DNA of 64,000 nucleotides from Eledone cirrhosa. Lineage: Eukaryota. Positions within the stretch are counted from its first letter, which is position 1. The number at the start of each line of letters is the position of its first letter. The position numbers and the translations under genes were made by a program. The stretch lies in the NCBI GenBank assembly GCA_964016885.1, contig OZ024742.1, forward strand, positions 256,990,001 through 257,054,000, read 5' to 3'. Below, one piece after another: positions 53,401 to 64,000 of this stretch. The notes under the pieces are model-generated. The model ran no database searches, had not been told where the DNA came from, and saw nothing but the letters and a program-made list of their open reading frames with translations.

Positions 53401-56027
53401 TGATCTGGATGACCTGATGCGGTTTGACCAAGTTCACATTGACACATTCGGGAATCCAATCGGTACCTGTCAGACAGTTCAAAACGCTTGAGCACGCTAG
53501 TGAGGATCTTGCACTCTGCTCCAGTCGCCCACTAACACTAAAGAGAGGGACGTTCAAAGAAATGTATCAAGACGCGGGAAGAAATCAGGCCGCCCTGCTC
53601 TTGTCAGGACATAGACGGCCACTAGCCTGAAATCTTGCCCGTCTCCGCTGATCACGTCCAGCACCACCAACTTACCTTCTGGATTCAGGAACATGGCCCG
53701 TATGACGAGATCCAAACCTCTCCGAAAAAGCCCAGCAACTCCTCCCCCCGATCCAGGACGGCTGGGAGATGCGTACACATCGTAGCCGCCGAAGATCAGT
53801 GCGAAGGCCCGTGCTTCGGAGATTCTGGTCTCGCTGATGGCCACTGCATCTATGTTTAGTGACCTGAGGTGGTTGAGCAGGTGGCCCTGCTTCCATGACG
53901 ACCCCAAGCCACGCGCATTTATGCTGCCTATTCTGAATGAGGTCATGTTGAAATGGAGTGGAAAAGATGGGAAAGACCACTTACCTTATTTGTAGTAGAG
54001 GAAGGATGGTTTCTCCATGCTTTTCACGGCATATGGACTCCTCCGGAAGGATGTCCTTATAAATCCTCCTGGAGAGTGCTTGTCGGAAGTCTCCGATGTC
54101 TTTGGGGAAATTCTGTTTTATTGTATTGTACGTTTTCTGTGTGATGCGAGTGATTTGTATGTGTAGAGGTGGTGTGAACTTTTGGAGTGTTGTGTAGTAT
54201 TTTTCTGTGATGCTGGTGTTGTGTTGGATGTAGTGTAATAATTGGTTGTTGTTCAAATTTAGTGCTGTCTAATGTGTATCGTTTTGGTTGTTTTGTTTTG
54301 CTTGCGTTTGTTGTGGTTTGTTTCTGTTTCGCTTTTTGGTGACTTTTGTGGTGTCGCGTTTAATGATGGTGATGGTGTTGGTGTTTGTCGTGATGGGGTT
54401 GGTGATGCTGGTGTAGATGGTGGCATAGCTGTCCTAACTTTTTTGTTTGATAGTTTATTTGTTTCCCTCAGTATTTTGTTTTTGGAGGGGGAAGGAAGGG
54501 GATATTTTTTTCTTTTTTGGCTTCTTTTACTATTTTTCTTTTTTCCTAATACCTCTTCCCACTCCTCGTCGTCACAATCTGTCTCCAGTTGCGAAAGGTC
54601 GGGGAGTGTAAAATCCTCCACAGGTGTTGGGTTTGGTTGTGGCGTGGTGGATGGTGTAGGCGCTGGTGCTAGTTCTAGCGCGCTGGGTGGTTGTGGTGTT
54701 GGTTTTGCAACTGTTGCTGGGGTTGTTGCTGCTACAGTTTCTTCTGTAGTTGCTGTTACATTTGTTGCAGCCATTTCTGGTGCTGGTGGTGTTGATGGTT
54801 GAGTCACTGGGGTTGGTAAGAGAGGTGTCCTCAATTTTTAGCCTGAGCTCAGAAAGCCCTTAGGTGGGTTCCTTCACCACAAACGACACACCTAGGCATT
54901 CTACCCTCGACGATTACTGTGAGGTGGCTGCCGTCAGTGAGGTCTATTATCTCTGGGATCTCCTCAATGCTTTTTTGGTATGCTTGGATCAGGAGCTCCA
55001 TCCCAGATCCGTACCAGTTCTCCTGATTTCTCTTGCTATTTCTGTTATTTTGGTGTTGGCCTCGAAGCCGGCGAGGACGGCAGCCATTAGCTAGGGAATT
55101 TCGATGGCCGGTGGGACGTGTGTCACCCTGTTCTTTACGACTCTCTGGCCACAATAGCTTGGGACGAGTGTGAAGTCATCGCTTCTTAATGGGGCCATGG
55201 AGTGCTCTCTGGCCTCCTGTGGTGTTCCAAAGAACACGTCCACGGTTCCATATTACTGCCGACGTATGATGTGGGTTTTTTTTGCCCACGCATGTCCCAA
55301 AGCTTTTTGGATTTGGGACTCGGATTTCCCATTCCACTCGGCGCGATTTTATGTTAATCGTCCGATAAGACACAGTGCAAAGGCGCCGATGCTCCATTTT
55401 ATTTGGTGTGTGTGTGGGGGGGAGGGGGGTGACCATGTACCCATCTTACTTTACCATTCTCTTGGCTTCATCTAATTCCTCCCGAGTTACCTGGATTGTT
55501 TCGTATTTGTTGGCTGCTTTGGTGAGGACACGGTGTTGTTGTTCTCATTCTTGTTGTTGCTGTTGTTGTTATTTATTTTTTTATTTTTTTTCTGTTGTCG
55601 CTGTGGTGGTGGTGGGTGTGACGTCTTCAACAGCTGCAGTCATTGGGAATGGCAGGAAATTAATATCTGCATGAGACAAATTTAATTATTGCTACTGCTT
55701 ATATGTTTAGTGTTGGCACACGTAGCAATATTTTCAATGCTGGTGTTGGTGTGAGGTGTTAGTTTGTGAGGAAGGCTCTCCGGGCTTGGTGTAGCTGAGA
55801 ATCTTCCATGATTTTTTCGAAGACATTTTTTGTTTGATAATTATAAAAGTTTAAATTTTGGGCTCAAGCCCCCAATCTTTTTGAGTGTCCTTTTCCGAAA
55901 GCAAATTCTGTGACTTTATAAACAGTTAACAACAAAAGTTTCCCATAAATGGCAATTTATGGGAAACAAACGAAAACAACAAACATTTGCGGAGCTCACG
56001 ATGATACGATTTCCTACGTAGGTCGCC
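50425..56027 (-). mobile_element. Tx1-like LINE family A, copy 2 (full-length ends, decayed)
   Basis: Same termini as copies 1 and 3; MTSFRIGSINARGL (53946), SPGLDGLPYELY, SAYADDVTV; ATT-rich flanks. Confidence 0.93.
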
Positions 56028-56297
56028 AATAATAATAATACTAATAATATTAATAACAATACGACTGATAATAATAAAGATAATGCCAATAATAGTAATA
56101 ATAGTCCTTATGCTGGCAATGGTGGTACAGTATAGATATATCATGTATTGAAAGGTGGAATATGTAAGAATAAAGTTTTAAAAAAAAAATAGAAGAAATA
56201 AATAAAAAGTAAAAATTAAAAAGGAAACATGAATAAAAATGGAAAATGAATATATATATACATATATAACTATGTGTGTGTGGGTGTGTGTGTGTTT

Positions 56298-56400
<103 letters not shown>

Positions 56401-56405
56401 TATAT

Positions 56406-56505
<100 letters not shown>

Positions 56506-56899
56506 GCAAAGATACTTTCATACACGGGTGTGTGTATGCGGAGTGAGTCTCATGAAATCGTCTGGTGAATATACCACACCTATTGCACATATTGGTTTTG
56601 ATATTTCGGGGGAAATGTCATAATTTATATTTACATTCTAAATTTTAGCTGCTGATCCAACAAAAATATATTAATAAGTAGAGCAGCAACAACAACGACA
56701 ACAAAAACAACACCGAATCAACAACAGACAAAAATAACAAGCCATGAATGACGACAATATATCCGTCAAGGAAATGTTGAAATTGACCATATGTAAAGTC
56801 TGAAGGTAGAAATAACACGAACATGGATGATGAAAACAGAAAAATAAAATACTGATAATAATAGGTGCTGTGGGAATGATAGAAAAACAACCATACAAG

Positions 56900-57835
56900 C
56901 AACGAAAAGACTAATATTGAGAAATATATGCGCCATACACAAAATAGCACTGCTAGGAAGTGCACACATTTTACGAGGAGAAATAACAATACCAAAAATA
57001 ATGACACAAAACGCCGGATATTTGAGAGAAATACTGAAATAGTGGAACAACTAATATCTGCATGCACACATTTAGCGGCAAATGTATACGACAGAGTTGC
57101 GTAGTACATTGAATGACAAATATGTATTCCTATGCTAAAGGTGTAAACAAACAAAAAAATAAATAAATAAATAAAAACATTGTATCAACATCATCCAGAC
57201 CCTGTAAATGAAATTGATAAGGTAATAATACGGTGTGATTTTTAAATAAAAACTGACAGAAGAATCAAAGTGAGCAGACCTGATATTATAATTGTTTCTA
57301 CATTTGGCACAACACCAGCTATTTACGAGTACATTACTGGTATTTTATTTTATCGACACCGTAAGGATGAAAGGCAAAGTTAACCTCGGCAGACCTGATG
57401 TTATAAGAAAAGATGAAAACAACAGTATATGCTTCATAACAGACATGTCAGTACCTGCAGATTAGCATGTGTCTTTCAAGATATGTGAAAATATCTCAAA
57501 TGAGAAGGATCTTGAAATAGAGATTGAAATAATGTGGGGTATGATGGCCACCACTATTTCTGTTGTAGTTGCTGCACTGGACCCGATAAACAAGGAAACT
57601 GTCAAACTCTTGGATCCATGCCAGGTAAACATTTTATAAATGAAATCTTAAAAATCGAACCTAAAAATACTGCCCTAGGTTTGCGAAGACCATTATCAAT
57701 ACAATGGAGGGAGAGCAAATCACGTTGCACTCATGGAAAAAGGGTCCACTTCATCCATTATATATTTTGTAACAGTAAGTTATTTATGGTTAAGTCCCGA
57801 GGGATGTATGTTAATATACAAATAGCCAAGGGAAA
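56900..57835 (+). mobile_element. Decayed R4/Dong-like RLE LINE 3' portion, ending in (AAT)n
   Basis: Manual translation: EIVEQLISACTHLA..DRVA (Zn knuckle region), KTDRRIKVSRPDII, DMSVPAD, KDLEIEIEIMW. Confidence 0.65.
57292..57388 (-). mobile_element. 5'-truncated SINE inserted in the RLE remnant, 18-bp TSD
   Basis: GCAGACCTGAT(A/G)TTATAA at 57274 and 57389; SINE core in reverse. Confidence 0.85.
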
Positions 57836-57865
57836 TAATAATAATTATTATTATTTTTATTATAT

Positions 57866-57959
57866 TACCAGTAATGTACTGCGTAATTGCTGGCCTTGTG
57901 CCTAAAGTAGAAACAATTATTATATTATAATTATAATTATTATTATTATTATTATTATT
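57866..57959 (+). mobile_element. SINE 3' fragment with (ATT)n tail that forms the 5' flank of Tx1 copy 3
   Basis: TACCAGTAATG..GGCCTTGTGCCTAAAGTAGAAACAATT followed by ATT repeats. Confidence 0.8.
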
Positions 57960-58176
57960 GGCGACCTACGTAGTAAATCGTATCATCGTGAGCTCCGCAA
58001 AGGTTTGTTATTTTCAGTTGTTTCAAATTGCCATTTATGGAAATTTTTTTTATTGTTAACTGTATATAAGTGCACATACATTGATTTCTGAAAAGGACAC
58101 TCAAAAAGATTGGGGCCTTGAGCCAAAAATTTAAACTTTTTATAATTATCAAACAAACATTTTTCTTTTAAAAATC

Positions 58177-60224
58177 ATGGATGTCTCAGAGTCACACCTT
58201 CCTCACACTCTAACACCTCACACCGACACCACCATTGTAAATATTGCTACGTTTGCCAACATTGGAAATGTAAGCAGTACCAATATTTTAAATTTGTCTC
58301 AGGCAGACGTTCATTTCCCGCCATTACCAATGACTGCAGGTGTTAAAGCCGCCACCACCGCGACAACCACCACCACCACCACCACAGCGACAACAGAATC
58401 AAAATAAAAAAATAAAATAACTCGTGATATCGAAATGAATTCAACCAAAATGAACTCTTCCACACCGAACACCAGTGACGCCACCATCACCACAACTGAA
58501 ACTAAAATTAACAATAGCAAAAATAACGATAACAACAACAGCAACAATGAAATTAAGAAAACTACCCTGAGTTTTGCCAGAGTAGCAAAAACGTGCGAAG
58601 CAATCCAGGTAACTCAGGAGGAATTAGAAGAAGCCAAAGGAATGGTAAAGAAAAATGGGTACAGGGTCAGCCCACCCCCTCCCCACCTAATAAAATGGAC
58701 CAACGTTGCCTGTGTACCGTGTCTTATCGGACAATTAACATAAAATCGTGCCGAGTGGAACGGGCATCCGAGTCCCAAATCCAAAAAGCTTTGGGACATG
58801 TGTGGGCAAAAGTAACCCACATCAGACGTGGGCAGATGTATGGAACTGTGGACGTGTTATTTGAAACACCACAGGGGGCCAGAGAACACCCAATGGCCCC
58901 ATTAAGAAGTGACGACATCACATTCGTCCCAAGCTATTGTGGCCAGAGATTTGTGAAGATCAGGGTGACCCACGTTCCACCGGCCATCGAAATTCCCTGG
59001 CTAATGGCTGCCGTCCTCGCTAGCATCGAGGCCAACACCAAAATAATAGAAATAGCAAAAGAAAAGCATGAGAACTGGTCCGCATCTGGGATGGAGCTCC
59101 TGATCCAAGCGGACCATCAAAGCATTGAGGAGATCCCAGAGGTAATAGACCTCACTGAGGGCAGCCACCTCACCGTAATCGTCGAGGGCAGAAGACCTAG
59201 GTGTGTCGTTTGTGGTGAAGGAACCCACCTAAGGGCTTTCTGCCCTCAGGCTAAAATGTTGAGGCCACCTCTCTTACCCACCCCAGTGACTCAACCATCA
59301 ACAACACCAGCAGCAGAAATGGCAGCAACAACTGTAGCAGCAACAACAGAAGCAACTGTAACAGCAACAACCCCAGCAACAGGAGCAAAACCAACACCAC
59401 TACCACCCAACGCGGCAGAATTAGCACCAGCACCTTCACCATCCACCAAGCCACAACCAAAACCAACGCCTGTGGAGGATTTTCCACTCCCCGGCTTATC
59501 GCAACTGGGGACAGATTGTGACGACCAGGAGTGAGAAAGGTATCAGAAACAAAAAAAGAAACCAAAAAAGAAAAAATTCTCTTCCTTCCCCCTCCAAAAA
59601 CAAAATACAGAGGGAAACAAATACATTAACAAACAAAAAAGTTAGGACAGATATGCCACCATCCACACCATCATCACCAACCCCATCACCACAAACACCA
59701 ACACAATCACCATCATTAACCCCAACAACACAATCACCAACACCACAAAAGTCACCAAAAAGTGTACCAGAAACAAACACACAACACACACAAACAAAAC
59801 AAAACAATCAAAACGATACACACTACACAGCATTAAATTTGAACGCCGAGGTTGACTTTGCCTTTCATCCTTACGGGGTCGATAAAATAAAGTACCAGTA
59901 ATGCACTGGTAATTGTTGGCCTTGTGCCTAAAGTAGAAACAATTAAATTTGAACGACAACCAATTATTATACTACATCCAACACAACACCAGCATCACAG
60001 AAAAAGATTGCACAACAACCCAAAAGTTCACACCACCTCCACACATACAAGTCCCTCGCATCACACAGAAAACGTACACGACACTGAAACAAAAATTTCC
60101 CAAAGACATCGGAGACTTCCGCCAAGCACTCTCCAGGAGGATTTATAAGGACATCCTTCCGGAGGAGGACACAAGCAGTAAAAAGGATGGATAAACCATC
60201 CTTCCACTACGAGAAGTAAGGTAA
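58177..60224 (+). pseudogene. Tx1-like ORF1, disrupted
   Basis: 58593..59534 contains GRRPRCVVCGEGTHLRAFCP (CX2CX4HX4C). Confidence 0.85.
59846..59941 (+). mobile_element. 5'-truncated SINE inserted in ORF1, 14-bp TSD
   Basis: ATTAAATTTGAACG at 59832 and 59942; the insert is absent from copies 1 and 2. Confidence 0.92.
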
Positions 60225-60258
60225 GTGGTCTTTCCCATCTTTTCCACTCCATTTCAAC

Positions 60259-63200
60259 ATGACCTCTCTCAGAATAGGCAGCATAAATGCGCGTGGCTTG
60301 GGGTCGTCATGGAAGCAGGGCCACCTGCTCAACGACCTCAGGTCACTAAACATAGATGTAGTGGCCATCAGCGAGACCAGAATCTCCGAAGCACGGGCCT
60401 TCGCACCGATCTTCGGCGGCTACGATGTGTACGCATCTCCCAGCCGTCCGGGTTCGGGGGGAGGAGTTTCTTTTTCGGAGAAGTTTGGATCTCGCCATAC
60501 GGGCCTTCTTCCTGGACCCAGAAGGTAAGTTGGTGGTTCTAGACGTGACCATCGGAGACGGGCAAGATTTCAGATAGCGGTCGTCTATGCCCCGACAGGA
60601 GCAGAGCGGCATGATTTCTTCCGGCGTCTGGAGACCTTTCTTGGAACGTCCCGCTCTTTAGTGTTAGTGAGCGACTGGAACGGGATCTTAGATGCACGCT
60701 GGGACTGTGTTGGATTAGCGAATAAGGGAGGAGGGTGCAAGAGCCTCACCAACCTGCTCAGGCGTTTTGAACTGTCTGACAGGTACCGATTGGATTTCCC
60801 GAATGCGCCAGTGTGGACTTGGACAAATCGCATAGGGTCATCCAGGTCATATCTAGATAGAGTAGTTTGTAGAGAAATAGATAGGTCTAGCATAAGCTGT
60901 CCACAATTCAAGATAGTCAGCTACACGGACCACAAATTCGTGATCTGTGTGCTTGACTTAGATAGGCTTCATAGACGAGGACCCGGCTACTGGAAGCTAA
61001 ACGCGTCCTTACCAGCGCGCAATGCCTACAGAGACCGGATTAGCGAACTAGTTAAGCGGGCGTTGACGGGGGCCATCGTCAACAACAAGTGGTGGTTTGC
61101 TCTGAAAAGAGCAATTAGAATACAGTGCATTAGATTTAGTAAGGCTTTAGCAATAGAGTAAAATAGAGCAGAGGGAGAATTAGTTAGAAAATTAGACGAG
61201 GCGCTTAGCAAAGGCGTCGCGACCGACGTACTTGCGGCGAAATTGGCCCTTGACCAATTCTTCAATGCAAAGCACGAAGGCTGCGTTGTCAGAGCTAGGG
61301 TGCGTGCTCTCAGACACGAGGGGACAAAAGCCGTTCAATGGGCCCGAGAGGCGGAGGCGCGTCGTGGCAACAAAGCCACGATTCGGTCTTTGGTGGACCA
61401 CGACGGGCGCATGCTACTCGATCCCGGTCAAATGTGTGAAGCTTTTCAGCAACACCTCGCTCAGTTGTTCGGGAACAGCGGCGGGCCGGATCGAGGGATG
61501 GACTTTAGTGTCTACCTCGACGGACTGCCGCGGCTCTCGGCCATTGAGGTGGAGTTTTGCGAAAAGCCGATAACAACCGCTGAAGTACGGGAGGCAATGA
61601 CTAGCTGCACAAGGGGTAAATCGCCTGGTTTGGATGTTCTGCCATATGAAATTTACGTACAAATGCCATACTTGTTCGGAGACCTCTTGGCGGACGCCTA
61701 CTGCAACTGGTAACAGGACGGGATAATTCCCAGCTCTGTGTCCGAGGAGCTGTGGCGCTGCTGAGAAAGGATCCGAACAAGGGGGATAACATAGATAATT
61801 TTAGGTCCATAACTCTGCTAAACACAGAGTTCAAGATTTTGGCCAAGGTGCTAGCAAAGAGGTTGGCGCTTGTCGTTGGTGGTCTGCCGGGAGAGGCGCA
61901 GACATGCGCCATTCCCGATAGATCCATCCACGAGAACCTCCACCTCATGCGATACATCCTGAGAGGGTAGCTAGGGAACTTGGTACGGTTGGGTTTTTGA
62001 TCAATTTAGATCAGTCAAAGGCTTTCGATAGGGTCGAGCATCGTTACCTAGCGGCAGTCCTGAGGGCGGTTGGCTTTAGGCCCGTCTTCAGAGGCTGGAT
62101 CGCTGCCATGCACAGCGACATCTGCTCTGTGGTGAGAGTGAACGGTCACCTTTCGGAACCGTTCAAAATCATGCGCACGTTCCGCCAAGTATGTCCCCTC
62201 TCATCCCTCTTGTACGTATTGACTCTCGAGCCATTACTGCACAAACTTGAGACGTTGATGCGGCAGATCCGTGTCAGCATATGCGGACGATGTCACCGTA
62301 GTGGTGTCCAACGCCAAACACATCGAGGCGACTGGCACTACACTAAGTGAATACGAAGTGGTGACAGGAGCAATGATCAACCAGGAAAGGTCAGTGGGCC
62401 TGCAGCTCGGCACCTGGAGAGGAAGGTCCATGCCGTCCAACAGCGTCGTCGGGCGCTGGACGGAAGGACCGGTTAAATTGCTAGGGGTCTGGTTCGGTCC
62501 AGACCTCCAGACGGACACAAACTGGGACGAGGTGACGAGCAGGTTTGCTTCTCTCACCCAGAAATGGGCGGAGAGGAAGCTATCCCTGAAAGGTCTAGCG
62601 GAGGTGGCTAACGCGTACATCGCGTCCGTCATCTACTACCACCTGTCCGTCGTATCTTGCCCTTAGCCCCTCGTGACTGCGCTGGAGCGTTTGCTCTTTC
62701 GCTCTTTGTGGAAGGGACGCACTCCGATGGTTAGGCCGTCCATCTGCTTTCAACACCCGCTACGTGGCTGATGATGCCCAGGCACGCGCTCAGCTACGAT
62801 ATCTCCACCTCTTCCTCGACAGAGATCAGGTGTGTCGCCGTTTGCTAGACGCGTCTTTCCCGAGCTCTTCTCCTTGACAGAGCTGCATGCAGTCCTGGGT
62901 CAAGGGTAGACAGAGAGGGAGCGCTTGGAGACTGGAATGTCTTCAGGCGCTCACAGCCCTCGACCAATCGGGCAATGTGATCGGCGGAATCTCCACCTTG
63001 GCGTTCTATGGAGGATTAGTGGAGGGGAAGAGCGACGACGTACTTGGGGAAATTCATGGTGTCGACGAATATCAACTAGCCAATCTCTTCGAAAGAACTT
63101 TCGGGCCGGGGCATATGGACAACTTACAGAAACCCCTGGCCTGGCAGTGCTACCGAGGAGCTTTGCCAGTTCGTGATAAACTCTACAGGCATTGATGTGC

Positions 63201-63630
63201 CGTCAGCCGGGCATGTCCGAGATGCGCGCAGGGCGACGAAACCGTCCTGCACGCACTCGTCTGGTGTCCGTGCATTGATGACGTGTGGGTTAATGTCGAA
63301 CAACTGCTGTCGCGTGTAGGTCGGATCCAGCTATCAGCTGAGTCCATCGTGAGGATTACCCCGCCGCCTTCCTTTAGCCGGGAAGGGCAGGCAGTGTTTA
63401 CCTGTCTGGTGGCCATGGCGAAAGAGATAGTATGGTGGACACGTTTGAAATGGTTGAAGACGAGCACTTACCCCTTCGGTGATACCCTGATTAACTTTTT
63501 CAAATTTCCTTTGAAAAGGAAAGTCAGGGCAGAGAGGGAAGTGCTCTCTTCCCAGCATTTTGTTGAAAGATGGGTGACAGAGGCAAGAATGACCCCAGTG
63601 AATGGGCCTACTCTGAGTATGTGTCTGTAT
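60259..63630 (+). pseudogene. Tx1-like ORF2 (APE-RT-Zn), disrupted
   Basis: MTSLRIGSINARGL, SDWN, SYLDRV, YTDHK, GPGYWKLN, LDQSKAFDRVEH, SAYADDV, CPRCAQGDETVLHALVWC. Confidence 0.92.
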
Positions 63631-64000
63631 ATTAAAGGTGGAAAACTGGGAGAGGGCACTTGCCCTGGTGGTCAGGGCCACTGTGGCTTTTTAATGGGCT
63701 TTCTCCACGAATGTCCCTCGGATGTCTCCCCCGTATTGGGGAATTTTTTCATTGTTATTCTTTGTTACATCCTCTGTTTTTGTTTTTTACCCGCAGAAAT
63801 ACCCATTTGTACCGTCCTGTATTCTCCTGTACTGTCCTTAATGTCTACTTTATGTAAACCCTTGTGGTTAATAAAGAAAGCATTATTATTATTATTATTA
63901 TTATTATTTTCCTTATTATATTTAAAATTTGCACCCTACAAACACGTTTTTGCAAATGGAGAAGCCTACGCCTCTTTCGGTCCACTTAACAACACAGCAG

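Larger units (their letters stand above)
57960..63881 (+). mobile_element. Tx1-like LINE family A, copy 3 (most complete)
   Basis: Same termini; ORF1 ~58177-60224; ORF2 from 60259; (ATT)n at 63882-63908. Confidence 0.94.

Noticed and set aside
57960-58060. HDV-like ribozyme explaining the precise Tx1 5' end
   Set aside because: No downstream complement to GGCGACC for P1 could be found by eye; only the short palindrome CTACGTAG.

Overview
AT-rich, microsatellite-saturated animal DNA with no recognisable host gene. The SINE and repeat families suggest an octopod cephalopod, but this is inferred from recalled family sequences, not from a search. The window is almost entirely a stack of retroelements sorted by microsatellite type. 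(1) Three full-length but decayed copies of one Tx1/L1-type LINE (CCHC ORF1; APE-RT-Zn ORF2) each begin and end in (ATT)n. There is also an internally deleted relative, R4/Dong-like RLE remnants and tRNA-SINEs, which cluster at the same (ATT)n tracts. (2) Penelope-like elements (PLEs) and their non-autonomous derivatives sit in (TA)n tracts: one apparently young Neptune-type element with two overlapping ORFs, two decayed Naiad-type elements, and many short terminal-repeat (pLTR) elements. Reading these by eye gives about 25 type I hammerhead ribozyme (HHR) motifs of several families. Most notable: a 320-nt two-ribozyme retrozyme-like unit; an inversion breakpoint at a predicted ribozyme cleavage site; a candidate -1 frameshift between a coiled-coil ORF1 and the RT/GIY-YIG ORF; fold-back elements centred on HHR stem II; and an E2F/E-box/CCAAT cassette upstream of HHRs. 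All coordinates and folds were read manually and may be off by a few bases.
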